Assembly: GCA_903813345.2 (NCBI GenBank) | Contig: CAIIXF020000001.1 | Coordinates: 9,362,001-9,426,000, forward strand | Direction: 5' to 3' | Origin: Owenia fusiformis | Taxonomy: Eukaryota | DNA: 64,000 bases | Shown: piece after piece, positions 14,263 through 27,972 of the stretch | Position numbering within the stretch: position 1 is the stretch's first letter | Layout: every line of letters starts with the position of its first letter | The notes under the pieces: generated by a model | The model's input: the letters and a program-made list of their open reading frames with translations, nothing else | Told to the model about the DNA's origin: nothing | The model's database searches: none | Position numbers and translations under genes: made by a program

Positions 14263-15782
14263 ATTTTTGATTGATTTGCCGATCAGCTGATCTTTTTTAA
14301 TTCTTGTTCGAGCTGAATCACAACTTTTACAATTGAACAAAAGCAGACCAATCATAGTCAACTTCATTCTTACTATCAATGAAATGTGTACGCAAATTGC
14401 AATGTAATATCTTATTATTGGGCTGCTAAGTCATAAGAATAAAGATCACTTTAATCAAAATTATCACTACCTGGTTCTCTGAAATAGCTAACTGGAAAAT
14501 TCACTAAGTAGCGAAACAACTACCTGATAAAAAAAGTTAAGCGCGAGGCCTGGTATTGGCATGTTGAAACCACTGCCTCTCTCCTTAGATGCCCCTTCTG
14601 ATGCTTAGTGACCTCCAAAACTGATTAGTGAGAACTTGAATATATGTGTAACTTAACTAACACAATTGAAGTATCAAAACTGGATGCATGGTAACTTTGA
14701 GTGACTATAATTCCTTGATTACCCAGATAAACACCAATTCACTTATCCAGAAATACTATTCAATATCTATACAAAGAAAGTAAGTAATGTTTTGGAGGAT
14801 GCATTTCAAACTTTTTGAATAAATTATTCATTTAATATTTGCCATTGATTTTTTTTCAATTCCTGGCAAAGTAATATGCATTGTCTTTGATGCCAATATT
14901 CTTCATCAATTGTGATACAAATTGATATTTTTGTAATCTCAGAAGAAGGATAAGATATTAAAGTTTAATAATATGTGTGATTGAGTTGGTTTTTCAGACA
15001 TTACAATTTTCAATATTTTCTTAGTCGATGCCCAGACTCATTCCCAGACTCATCCTTACCTCAATTTAAGTATAATATAGCTACTACACTGCCTTTGAAA
15101 AGATCAGAAAACTAGTGCAAAATCCATAATTATACAGCCATTTTGAATTTTATGAGGCCCAAATCAGAAAATATTTGCTATCTGCTCCAAATTGCTTTTC
15201 ATTTGAGTATAAATCTCATAATTAACGAATTTCCTGTTTTTCTGATACTGTCCCTGGGCTCAGGGTGAAAACACGGAAATAGATGTGAAATAGATTAATG
15301 TTGTGATTATACTATTAAAATTTCAAACAATAATATTTATTGCTTTGTTTAAAATGTAACTTCTACTATTTTCTAAACAGTGGTCATGTTGAATGTATCA
15401 CCAATAAACATATTTTCTACCAAATATGGAGAAAATTGGTCACCTAGTATTTGAGTTAAGCTCCAGCCAATCAACTGGACAGACAGATGGCTTCACCATA
15501 CCCCAACAAACTTCTTTGGGATAAAAAATGGCGTAGATAACTGAATGGGCATGCGCACATACAATTAACGAGAGTATTTCCCTGGAATTTTTAGAAAAAA
15601 TTGACAGATGAATCGAGCAGAACTCATACTTACATATGGCCAAAAATATAAACGATATTGGGCCTATTGTATTTGAGATATTGCCCACATGTTCGACAGA
15701 GCCATTTCTAATCTCTATATCCACTCGAATGGTGGATGAATAATAAAATTAGATGTGGAACATGAAGTATTAAATTACATAC

Positions 15783-15887
15783 CTGCCACTCTGTACGCGA
15801 TACCTTTGGGACATTCATGTTGTGGGTAGATGGACAGATATCCTCATATTTTTTTGCCGTGAATATGTCTATACCCACCAAGTGAAC
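15783..15887 (-). CDS. EIF5A: eIF5A coding exon 2 ([35 protein letters not shown])
   Basis: ttttAG acceptor, GTATGT donor, 105 nt phase 0; conserved [13 protein letters not shown]. Confidence 0.95.
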
Positions 15888-15937
15888 CTAAAACGACAAA
15901 ATAACATCATGATAAACCACACAATGTATATAGGCAC

Positions 15938-16302
15938 TAGAGATGTCACGGAACAAAAAAAATCGGAACGGTTCGGAACATTTTGCTTCGGAACGGAACA
16001 ATTTCAGAACGGTTCGGAACAGAGTGACTGCGTGTTTAAGATTAAAATAAGTTGATCATCTAGGTCTATTTGGTAGCGAAAGCTCTTCAAAACTCTTCAA
16101 TGAGAAAGAGTGAAAAGAATAAACGTCTTTTGGTGCAAAATATTGAAAGAAAAATGCTGTTTTGTGGCGATTTAAGGGCCAAAAGTTGTGAAAGGGTAAA
16201 ATGTTCTTGTTCCTGAACAGAACCGAAATTCTCAATTTGTGTTCCGTCCCGAGGGCATAATTCCGCAGATCGGAACAAAATTGGGTATTCATGACACATC
16301 TA
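15938..16302. mobile_element. hAT-type MITE
   Basis: TAGAGATGTCA / TGACACATCTA termini, 8-bp TSD ATAGGCAC, CGGAAC subterminal repeats. Confidence 0.75.
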
Positions 16303-16441
16303 ATAGGCACAGTAATCATTGATATCAAAAGTACAACAGCGGATTGCTGATCGCTTCATTCAAAACTAGGGTACGAAACATTATAGCTATAAAATGGAAA
16401 ACTTATTCAGACAGGCAATTTTAGCTTTATGGTTATTCATT

Positions 16442-17426
16442 CACGCCCAGTGATCGTACAAAAATGATGGAGGGGGGGATTTGGCGATTTCTGCAAGAAA
16501 ACTCAACAAATTTGGAAGATTTATTTTTTCAAGAGAAAATTTACAACTGAATTGCCAAAGGGATAGGCGCAGTGCATGGCAAAATATGTTAGGTCATCTA
16601 GTATTTTTTTAAAACTGATACCCTTCTAAGATATGAGATCTATTAAAAAAGGCGCATCATCACCAACGTGCAAAAGTCAATGTTTTTGCTATAAATCGGG
16701 CAACAATGGTCTACACGACCTGTAATAAATAGGTATAAGAGACGTTTTTATCTCAATACTAATGACATTGCTCACTTTTTAAAGTTAGTTTCCATGCGCT
16801 ATACAAAAAATAATCGAAATGAATTAATTTGCGATGGAGGGGGATCGCGTGTACATAAGACATGCTACTTGAATTTATTCTAATGACTCCAAATTTTCCC
16901 ATTTTTCATTCTCCAGAGATATAATATCCAGTTTCTTACTGGGGTACTGAGTTTAGTTTTTTTTTCAAATACACGAGTTCTTGTGAATTTGTTCCATAGT
17001 AAAGATATATAAATCCCCCCCTCCATCCTAAATTAATTTTGTTCGATTATTTTTTGTATAACGCATAGAAACTAACTTTAACAAGTGAGCAATGTCACAA
17101 GTATTGTGATTATAACGTCCCTCAGTCCTATTTATTACAGGTCGTGTAGACCATTGTTGCCCAATTTATAGCAAAAACATTGACTTTTGCACGTTGGTGA
17201 TGATGCGCCTTTTTTTCTAATAGATCTCAAATCTTAGAAGGGTATCAGTTCAAAAAAAAAATACGAGATGACCTAACATATTTTGCCATGCACTGCACAT
17301 ATTCATTTGGCAATTCAGTTGTAAATTTTCTCTTGAAAAAAAATTAAATCTTCCAAATTTGTTGAGTTTTCTTACAGAAATCGCATAATCCCCCCCTCCA
17401 TCATTTTTGTACGATCACCGGGCGTG
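16442..17426. mobile_element. Transib-type foldback MITE
   Basis: CACGCCC termini, 5-bp TSD TCATT, ~400-bp inverted arms. Related copies at 23396-23607 and from 29344. Confidence 0.75.
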
Positions 17427-17751
17427 TCATTGCTTCAGAGAAACTACGCAAGAACAGATATGTCCCATTTGATGATAAACATACATATACTCCTCATGGT
17501 GTAGCATCCATATTGCTCAGTTGTCTAATAACTTGACAAGAATGATTAGAAATTCAAAATATGTCACTACAATGTATTTTTGTCAAAATGTGTCATTTCT
17601 ATAATGATTCAAAGACAGGAATTAACATGTAGCATAAAATTCAATTACTCCAAAACAACTTCATTTTCATGTGATCTTTTGTCAACAGATATTGTCCCTT
17701 TAATGAGTAAATGGGGGTATAGTTACAATCCAGCCGTCTGCTTCAGGTTTC

Positions 17752-19325
17752 AACCAGAACAACGGCAACGCCGAAGCGTAGCGAATCCCATCGAACAGAA
17801 ATGGCTGGCAGTTTTACAAACGAAATATATAGCAAATATCATAAAACAACACACCAGAAAGGCCACCATTTTCAAAATGGTTGCTCACTAGCCGAGTTGT
17901 CATCAGAAAAAATAATATTATTTTAAGTAGCCACCTATAAAATTTTTGAAAAATCGCACTCATGTACTTGTAAAATAACACACGTAAAAATGGTGGCCAT
18001 TTTTCAAAATGGCCGACTACTCCCCAAAGTTTTATTAAACAATGTGCCATGCTTATAGAGTATTCACATATCAAATATGAACAAAATCGCTCCACTACTT
18101 TTCAAGTTATAGTAAAAAATGTAACAATGACAGCCATTTTTTAAAATGGCCGCCTACTATCCGAAGTGTCATGAGACAGTGTGCAAGGCTCATGAGTATT
18201 CACATATCAAATATGAACAAAATCGCTTCACTACTTTTCAAGTTATAGTAAAAAACTTAAAAATGGTGGCCATTTTTCAAAATGGCCGCCTACTACCCAA
18301 AGTGTCATTAGACAGTGTGCCATGCTTATAGTTTTCGCATATAAAATATGAAACATACCAAATATGAACAAAATCGCTGAACTACTTTTCAAGTTATAGT
18401 AAAATACGTTAAAATGGGGCCATTTTCTAAAATGGCCACCGTCTACCAAAAGTGTCATTAGACATGCTTTTAGTATTCACATACCAAATATAAACAAAAT
18501 CGCTGAACTACTTTTCGAGTTATAGTAAAATATGTTAAAATGGCGGCCATTTTTCAGAATGACCACCTTCTACCAAAAGTGTCATTAGACCATGCTTATA
18601 GTATTCACATACCAAATATGAACAAAATCGCTTCACTACTTTTTTCGAGTTATAGTAAAATACGTTAAAATGGCGGCCATTTTTCAAATTTTTTTCAAAA
18701 TGGCCGCCTTCTACCAAAAGTGTCATAGGACAGTGTGTCATGCTTATAGTATTCACATACCAAATATGAAAATCGCTCCACTACTTTTCGAGTTATAGTA
18801 AAATATGTTAAAATGGCGGTCATTTTTCAAAATGGCCGCCTTCTACCAAAATTGTCTTTAGACAGTGTGCAATGTTTATAGTATTCACATACCAAATATG
18901 AACAAAATCGCTCCACTACTTTTCGAGTTACAGCAAAAATCATAAAATAACAAGTAAAGGCCGCCATTTTTCAAGATGGCTGCCATGTGCTTTTTAATAT
19001 CTACATTTGTAGCTTTATTAATGTCCTTTATAATTTTTTTACATTTAAAACATATTGCTATTACAGTTTTACATATTGCACCTAAATTACTGCAAAATCG
19101 GCACTAAAATGGCCGCCATTTTGAAATGAGCGGCCATTTTGAAAATCGGCTTTCGAGCAGAACTTCTACCCCCATAAGGTATATGTGTACAAAATATGAA
19201 CAAAATCGGGCCAACGGTATTTGAGTTATTGCCCGGACGGACGGACGGACAGACGGACGGACGTACGTACGGACGGACGGAGGCGTTCCCTATATCCCTC
19301 CGAACTTCGTTCGATGGGATAATAA
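17752..19325 (+). mobile_element. HINE/pearl-like element with ~130-150-bp tandem array (~7 copies)
   Basis: Subterminal IR ATCCCATCGAAC / GTTCGATGGGAT; (GGAC)n microsatellite ~19234-19281; CGAAC-ttc-GTTCG hairpin at the 3' end. Confidence 0.8.
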
Positions 19326-19654
19326 CATTTTTTGAAGGGGATGTGGGAATCCTGTTGCAATTTTTCCTGATATGGCATAAATGAATATTTAGTGGTTTCT
19401 GAATAAGAAAGGTTAACATACAATATCTATTTATTATGCACCTCATTAAAATACTCAAATCTGATTGGTTAAGAGCTGCAAGGTCTATTGCCATATGTGG
19501 CAGCAAGATCTCGTTCTATCCAGTATTGAAGCAACGAGATCTCCAACTATCCCGTATGCCAGAATACCTATCCTCGAAAAAAAATACTAGGCTCTTCTTC
19601 TGTTTTAGCAGACCTATTCTTTCGAAAAAATACTACGCTATGCTTCGCCTCGCC

Positions 19655-20023
19655 TACCCTTTGCATTCGTTTGACTTCACTTCTTAAAAGAGAGCTTCAT
19701 CTTCACTCTTTCAAACTAAAATAAACCTCTGAACTCACCGCGCCAATCAGTGTTCGTTGGCCAAATTTGACTGACGTTCTTTACATGGTCATTCCTTCTG
19801 ACGTCATCGTTGAGTCCGGAATTCACCAATGACATGCGCATATTTAATTAGAACGCATTTGGCGTATGTTTCTTCAAGCTCGCTGATTGGTGGAAGGTCA
19901 GCGTGTATGTCAAAACTGATTTACCCAAACTGTCATCGGTACCAATCGTGGGGGCGGGGCTACTAAACTGTAATATGGTCTCTACTAGGCAGAGTGTAGT
20001 TAAACACAACTGCACGCAGGGTA
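19655..20023. mobile_element. Long (369-bp) member of the TACCC-ended MITE family
   Basis: TACCCTTTGCA...TGCACGCAGGGTA ends; 9-bp TSD CGCCTCGCC. Confidence 0.75.
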
Positions 20024-20148
20024 CGCCTCGCCTAGTATTTTTTTCCTCGTATAGGTATTCTGGCATATCCACCTCATGGTCATCCAGTATTTGTTTACTA
20101 TCTACAAGTTACATTTTCACTGCATCATACTAAAATTGAACAATATAC

Positions 20149-20319
20149 CTTAGCGTGGCCGTGCTTGCCAGTTTTTGAGGTTGACATTTCCACAATTTTG
20201 CATGGTTTCTCCTTTATGAGAACAAAGCCACCTTTGCGTAGAGCAGAGCACTGCTGGGGGATACATTTAGATGCACCAGCATCGGTAGACTCGAAGGTAT
20301 GCTCATGATCATCTGCCAT
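20149..20319 (-). CDS. EIF5A: eIF5A coding exon 1, containing the hypusine-site motif [12 protein letters not shown]
   Basis: [11 protein letters not shown]...[12 protein letters not shown] followed by a GT donor; exon acceptor ttttcAG at 20330. The four joined exons give 162 aa. Confidence 0.97.
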
Positions 20320-21591
20320 TGTGGATGTTCTGAAAATATGACATTTATACCATTAAAGTGAAACTGTGACCAGTGTTTCATGTTTGTCATCATACTGGTT
20401 GATCGCCATATGATCATACCCAGTGTTCGCGATAGCCACTTAAATTTTTGAGTCCAAAGAATGCAACTCAATTGAAAATTTGAGTCCTGTCTAATTATTT
20501 TTACCAATGTAACCTAAGGTTGGAGGAAATGTAAAATGTCTCAACTTTTTGGTGATTTTGATGTAACTTTCATGAGGGACTGGGAATATCAAGTTTTCCA
20601 TAGCCATCAATGTAAATGATGGCTACGTGCAAATATAGTAAGATTTTCAGAAGGTTTGTCCAAGATTGCGTCCCTAGAGGACGTAATGATTTTCAAAAAA
20701 TGTGTCTCCCCTCAAAAAACTGCGTCCCTTGAAAAAATGTTCGCGGGAATTCAAAGTCACGCTTTTACACTGGGCGAAATAAAATTGTTGAAATTTTGTA
20801 TCGCTTTTGCTATTTTTCGGTCTAAATCAGTGTTCTAGTTAGTTTATTATGTCACTGAATGATACAGATACAGTGCTTTCAGTAGGTTTGTCCAAAAGTG
20901 CTTCCCTGGGACGGATTGATTTTACAAAATTGCGTCCCCCTCAAAAAAGTGCGTCCCCATGAAAAAAGGTTCCCGGGAATTCAAAGTCACATTTTTGCAC
21001 TGAACGAAAAAAATTTAAAAAAGTTTGCATCAGTTTTTTGGCCCAGATCAGTGTACTACACACGTCAAGTAGGTCATTAAATGATGCAGATACCTTCATT
21101 AGAAAGAGATAACTAATTTTCAACCATTAAATACCATTTTTCTCCGGTAAGAGGGAATTTCGAAAATTTCGGACAATATTTTCAATATTTACTGCCATGT
21201 CGACATCCTATGCTCTTAACTGTATACCGAATGGTTAAGGTCAGGGTGCATGATGGGAAATTTTCTGCATTCCTCAATTGAGTCACATGTTATTTTTCAA
21301 ACAAGAATCACTCCTTCCCTTCATTGTCTATATCTTCCAGTTTTGCACAAAGAGTGCACTTATGTGCCTAGAAAAGACTTGTGAGAAGAATGTTTTGATA
21401 AAGTGTATAAAAAACATGAAAATTTTCTGATTTTTTTTCACTGAATTTTCTCATTTTTTATACATTTTACAAAACAAACCTTCTCACAAGGCTTTTCTAG
21501 GCACAGAAGTGCACTCTGTGCACTGTTTCTTACCGGAAACAAATCCATTTTACACGGAAGTGACGTAACGAAATACCAACTCGTGCTATTA

Positions 21592-22464
21592 GGCCAAACA
21601 AAGAAATACCTCCGTTTCCGGAACCCCGACCGACCCTCCCTTGAGACCCCCGACCCTAAAACATTTTTCAGCATTTGAAAATAAAATACAAAATTGAATC
21701 CTGATCCCGTTCATAAAGCTTTTTATTCTACTCAAAACGTGACCAGAATAGAAGAATATAAAGTCACCTACCTTAGAGAAGAACAATTTGAAGTAAAATA
21801 GCCAGATGATCATCAGTATTTAGAAAAAAACACTGAAAAATCATCTGAATTTTGCCGTGAGCAAGCAGGAAGTAAGCCTACTCAGAGCTTACAATTTTGG
21901 TAGTTTGTACTGATCGCCCTGCCATCTTTATGACTTATGAAAACTTTTGAAGTCAAAACTCATTTATAACAACCAGACACCTGTCAACTCCTTGATACAT
22001 TTGAATAATACTATTGATTCCTTTATTTGTTCATCCTCATTATCTATAAAGAGCTTTAATTAGTATAATGATAGATGTAGATGAATTTTAAAGATGTTCA
22101 ATTCAAAAGATGCTCCATTTTTGAAATATTGATCTCTCCAAACTCTGAAATAAAAGCTTCTTGGATTCAATTCAAAAGATGCACAAAAACAAAGTTTCCC
22201 TTTTAAAATACTGATTTCTACACTCTGAAATGAAAGCTTGCAGGGTGATACATACTGTGGCAGATATAACAATATGTTTTTATTCCAGTGTTACAGATAT
22301 TACATGCATATAATTCTAGCGTAGACAGTTTATCAGCATGTTCTCTAACATACCCTCAAAAATTATGAATAAAATTTCGAATAAAAATAAAATATTTTTC
22401 CTACCTACCTACCCTAATCTGAAAATTCATTGAGCAGGAAACAGACATATATTTTTGTTTGGCC
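21592..22464. mobile_element. Zator- or PIF-like MITE
   Basis: GGCCAAACAAA / TTTGTTTGGCC termini with TTA TSD. Confidence 0.6.
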
Positions 22465-23106
22465 TTACGGAAAAGTTTGGGAAATTCTGTTATAACCGCC
22501 ATCTTAATCGAACTTCGACCAAAAGAGCCATAAGAAACAAAAAGACCTCGTTCTGCCAACTAACCCAGACAATCGGCGGTTCCAATATATTAGAAGTTAC
22601 ATTTTGAGTTCTAGAATGCATTGAGGTAGGTTTCTTAAGTGGAGGGGCGTAGATAATTCTCCCAAGTTGTAATCGTACAGGCAAATGTATGCGCTCAGTA
22701 CAGGACTAAAGTCCTGGTACGGGATAACTCTAAACATTTACATTTTTCAAACTTTTTAATTTAGGTAGGGGAGGAGTTCCTTGGTATTATCTTTCTTTTG
22801 TTTATGGATAGAAAAAAACAGTTTCGATTAACTTTATTTCTAGGAAGACGGTGTTATTTGCCGATACACCGAAAATAGAAACACCATTTTTGTATCAAAT
22901 ATTCTCGGTGCAACTTGAAAATGGAAGAGAGAACAGGAATGCAAAATCATCGTCCAATGAAAAAGTTAAAAATGTCGACAACCCCATAATCGTTGACCAT
23001 TTAAGTTATGTCACATCTGGCTAGGTGACTCATAAACACTCCGATAGTTTGACCAGTAGATAGTTTCACAGTGACAATTAATAAAAGAAAGAAAATATGT
23101 ACTCAC

Positions 23107-23154
23107 GTGTGAATATTTCCACTAAAATCTGTAAAGGAAGTACCTGCGCATGCG
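23107..23154 (-). promoter_or_regulatory. EIF5A: Probable eIF5A promoter and non-coding exon 1 (5'TOP/TCT start, NRF1-like site)
   Basis: Minus strand reads CGCATGCGCA-ggta-CTTCCTTT...CACAC|GTGAGT: NRF1-like palindrome, pyrimidine start, perfect donor at 23106-23101. Confidence 0.6.
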
Positions 23155-23395
23155 TCCCACGTTAGTAGGTCATGCTGAGAGGGATATAGCAAATGAGGAG
23201 GTCGCCATTACACTAAACGAAACGATTATAATCCTAAACTTGACTTCCTTAAAATCGGGGTATTTCTTAAAATCTTGGTTTGGGAAAAATTGAGCTAATT
23301 GGAAATTGGGTGGCCTATATTTTTGGGGATATCAGGAGAATATCGGTAGCCTATTTCTAAAAAAAAAACGGGATAAAATTTCCCGTAGTAAAATT

Positions 23396-23607
23396 CACGC
23401 CCAGTGATCGGAAAATGGCCGGGGGGGGCAGGCAATATCTTAGTGATTCAACAAATCTGGAAGATTTTTTCTCAAGAGAATGTTTACCATTGAATACATG
23501 TAGGTGCACGGTACTAAACTTTCTCTTGAACTTCAGATTTGTGGAATTTTCGAGCAGAAATTGCCTGCCCCCCCCCCTCCGTCCCTTTTTTCCGATCACC
23601 AGGCGTT
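23396..23607. mobile_element. Short Transib-type MITE (same family as 16442)
   Basis: CACGCCCAGTGATCGGAAAA terminus; near-perfect 5-bp TSD AAATT/AAATC. Confidence 0.6.
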
Positions 23608-25231
23608 AAATCGAGGTTTCTAAAAATAGATCGGGGTGCAAACAATCGGGTTTTAAACATAGGGCACATGTTCACTGTTTTTCATAATTCAAAACCACGA
23701 TGGAAAGTTAATCTTTGAAATCTCGACAGAAATCTCATTGAAAAAAATGTGCCGAACGTCGCAATAGACGACCAATTTTCACATCGGTAAAAATCATATT
23801 CTAGTTATCAATGATTGATTCTGTTATGAATAAAACATGAGTACCGGTTTAAAAGATGTTTCTTTATAAGAATTTATTTATTCAAACTAAGCAAATACAT
23901 AATTCCAATCGCCCGAAGGCCCATTATAGGAAAAATGGACATTGAAACAATATATATTAATACATATAATAAATCATAATAGTACACTATACAACAAGTT
24001 AAGGGGGGGGGGGGGGGTGCACTTGTGGGGTGGGGATAGGGGAGGGTGTTTGGAGGAGAGACTAAACAGGTTCACTTGAGGAGGGAATTTAGATATTGGC
24101 AGAAATAAAATCAGCCACTTTGGACAAGAGTTGCGAATTGGTTTCTCCATAATAGAATAAAGAAAGTAAATCAGCTTGATTTTATGTTTATTTAAGACAT
24201 TTAAGGCTCTTGGTGCAATTAGTTCAATGTCATGTTTTATGTTTGAAAATTCAATTCATTATTTGGACAGTGCTTTGGCGTACTGATAGCTCCACATGAG
24301 CAATTGGGGCCATCGATAAAGGTAAAGTTATGGGCGTATAGTTGAGCCCTAAAAAGTAAATCAGCTCTAAGTCTGTTTATGATTATTTCTTGTTTTCTTG
24401 TCAATTTAAGAGAGGTAGATGGAGTGAGTTTTTTGGGAGCAAAATACAGTTTTATTTTTATTTTTTGAAAGTCTGAAGTGTCTTCTTTTCTCTGATATAT
24501 GATGGGAGCATTGACCATAAACTGATTGCACCTAGGACTACCGACTCCAAGAATCTATTGCTACAGCGGATGGGTAGTCACAATTAGTTCTAATGCTTTT
24601 ATTTTTGTACTTGATATACAGGATTTGTTCCATTGACAACCTTGTACATGAAATTATTAACTTGCATCTTCCTTCTGTCCTCTAATGAATGCCATTGTAA
24701 TAAAGTGAGTACTTGAGCATGTTTAGTGGTATTACTACCATGGTAACAGCCTGAACACAAGATGGCTGCTTGGTGGTACAGCTTATTCAACCGTCCAAGT
24801 AAATATTTGGAAGATTTGTTGTAATACAACACCATAGTCAAAATATGGACGGATAAATGAGGTAAAGATTGTCTCCAAATGTTTGGCTGTCAGTTTGCCT
24901 TGGAGTTTTTTAGAGGATTTAGCATTTTTTTACCTTTGTACAAATCTCATCAATATGATTTATATTTGAGAGGCATTCATCAAAACAGTAACCAAGATGT
25001 TTATGGGTTGCAATTCTTTTGATTTCAGTGTTATTGAGAAATGATGTGGTCACGTTTTCGATTGGCATTCTTGGAGTATTTGGATTTTTGGGGTCAAAAT
25101 AGAACTGCAGTGAAGTATCATCAGCGTATATATAGCAATATGTGTCAGTTTTATCTGGGAGATCATTTATGTACAATAAAAAATAGAGGTCCCAAAATTG
25201 ATCCTTGTGGAACACCGCAATTGATAAAGTT

Positions 25232-26199
25232 TTTTTTAATATATTTATTTATTCACAGTAAAAAATTTGTTTACAGTATACTTGATTTCTTAGTCACTTA
25301 TATTAATATATAATACTTATTGATTAGAAATGGTACGGGGGGCACCGGTATTATATGAAATAAAATAGCTTAAAATGTGAGTGGTCTTCAGTTTTCTTCA
25401 TTCTTTTGTAAACATCCTGAGTTTGTCCATAGAATGTCATGTGTTTAATTTTTTGCGCATGTACTTTCTATAAGTTCATCATTTCAATTTTGTTGCATAG
25501 TTTCTCCATTCTGTCATGTTGGGACGGTTCTTTTTAATTTTACACTTGTAGATATATGTTTTTTGTTTCAGGTGCAGTAAGATGTCTTCAGGTTGGCTGT
25601 TTGTTCCAAGAAGAAAACTATCTCGTTTCGGGGTATCTTCTTTCAATATACTGCTGCGTTGTTTTAGGAATTCTTTTACAACTACGCAGTCATATAATCC
25701 ATGTTCTATCGTGTCCAGTTCCTCCTTACACAGATCGCAGATTGGGGAAGATACGTTGGGTATCTTCATTTCAAATAAGCCTTTGTTGAAGTATATGATT
25801 CTCGATATGAGCTTGTATTGGAAACAAATATGTCTGATGTTAACTGTTAGTTTTCTTGTGCTAAGGTATATTTTTTCCAGGTTATATTATTGTTTTGTAG
25901 CTTTTCTTCCCACTTCCCCTGTGGCGTTATTGCTGGGTTTAGTATATTGTTTTTTTAGTAGGTATTTGTATGTCATCTTGTTTGGTGACTTTGTGAACCA
26001 TTCCTTAATGCTTGGCTCTGGGTCTTGTGTACTTTTGTCCTTCATTCGATCTTTCCATTCTTTTGGTAATGCTGATGTCACTTTTATGACATCCAGAAAA
26101 CATATGGTTTAAAAGTTGTACTTTCTGATGATCTGTTCTCTTGACATTGGTTTATCTTTATCAAATATATCTTGAATGGTGTGAATGCCATGTTCTTGC
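25232..26199 (-). mobile_element. 5'-truncated L1/Tx1-like LINE fragment inserted in the CR1 RT
   Basis: 14-bp TSD CAATTGATAAAGTT (25218-25231, 26200-26213), A-tail and AATAAA on minus strand, CCHC motif CDLCKEELDTIEHGLYDC. Confidence 0.8.
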
Positions 26200-26645
26200 C
26201 AATTGATAAAGTTGGCCTCCGACATTGAAGACGAAGCACCAGCTAGATTTACACACATTCCTCTGTCAGAGAGATAGGATTTTATGACATTTAGTAACTG
26301 TCCCCTTATACGATAAGATTTGAGTTTCAATATGAGTAAGTGATGAGGGACTTTGTCAAATGCTGATGCAATATCAAGAAATATTCATTTGATGCATTTC
26401 CTTCTTCAAAATTATTCTGAAGGAAGTGTTCTTTAGTCAATAGTTGGGCGTGTGTGCTATGGCCAGGAAGAAAACCTGCCTGGTGTTTATAAAGTAAATT
26501 ATTTGAGGTCAATGCGTTCGAGTTCGATCAGCTATTACCCTTTCAAACAATTTGGATATAGTGTTTAATAGGGTAATCGGGCGGTAATTGTTAATGTCAG
26601 ACTTGCTACCTTTTCTGAAAATTGGACAAACTATGTATACCTTCC

Positions 26646-27972
26646 GATACGACGTCAGATACTGTACATCACGGCGTAACATTGTAATTGTCCATTTTAC
26701 CGACAAAATGCAAAGATTTACGCGATAAATATGCGCAATGCTCCTCCAAGTAATTGCAGAAGTTATATTCGTGGAATCTTCTTAAAAACTTCAAGTTTTG
26801 TTCAGATTAATGTGTGCTTCAATACAATTCTATATTCAAAAAGGTTGTATCACGATATACAGAATTAGAATCACCAGAAAGTAGACATTTCAAACCCTAC
26901 CCGTTTTCTTCTTTGTCGCGCTTTTCGGCCCCGCGCTCTCGTTGTCGCACCGTCTTTCTAGACACTTTCAAAGTGCCCCTTGTCATATTCAACTGATATA
27001 CACAGACGGGAAGATATTAAGGATTGTTAAATGCATTATTTGTAATTGATTTTAACTCGAATATTTAGTTTTATTTATTTGAAGCAATGAATAATAAAGG
27101 AGAACATATAATACGCTAACGGCATAACGTCTTATTTTGTAAAGGCTTCACTCGGGGTTGCGGTGATAAAATGATGTCTATCTCAATATATACTGGATCA
27201 AATTAAATGAAATTAATTGTATGTAGTAAGGGGTATATTTAAAAGAACATGCTGAAACATTGAAAAGTTTTGAATGTTTATCCCTTAATTAGAAATATTT
27301 GAACTCAAAAAATGAAACGTAGTTTTGTGAATTTTTCACATGGCTTCACTTCATATTTCTTTCAATTTATGCTTCTTACAGACTGAATTTCAATCGAAAT
27401 GATATAGTTTTTTGATAAAAATATAGAATATGATATGCCTTTCAGGAATCAAAAAATAATAATTCACCTTTCAAACGATTTAATGTTTAATTGATCAAAA
27501 TATATATCTTGTTGGTACGAAATTCTGCCTGTCCACACTTTTTTTGCATAAATATAAGCGTTAAGTTAGCATTGTTATATTATGACGTCATCAACCAGAA
27601 TCTGTTTGTCTTTTTCAAAATGGTGAATTTAAATATTGTGAAAGTTTGAGAAAGATCCGTTAAGAAATGAAAAAGTTATCTTCATTTTTCGTTTAAAATT
27701 GAAATCATTTTTCTTCAAAATGTTACAGTCCACACCCGGTTTTAGCATATAAAGTCGCATAATACGGCTTGCGTGATTCGCAATTTAAAAAGTCACAAAT
27801 CAGTTATTTGGAATTCTGATAGGCAAAATATTTCATGGACATACGTGTTCAACTGATGACGAAAAATTGTAGAAAAATATGATTTTGCTGTCGAGATATT
27901 GCGGTTTTAAAAGTAAGAACGCATGTAAAAATGCAGTAAAATGCCGCGATGTACAGTATCTGACGTCGTATC
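26646..27972. mobile_element. Non-autonomous TIR element inserted in the CR1 remnant
   Basis: 30-bp IR GATACGACGTCAGATACTGTACATCACGGC with one mismatch; exact ends and TSD not resolved. Confidence 0.65.

Noticed and set aside
19087-19506. 139-aa ORF with VRPSV repeats
   Set aside because: Reads through the HINE (GGAC)n microsatellite; a common spurious ORF.
25582-26112. 176-aa plus-strand ORF
   Set aside because: Antisense shadow of the L1/Tx1-like fragment.
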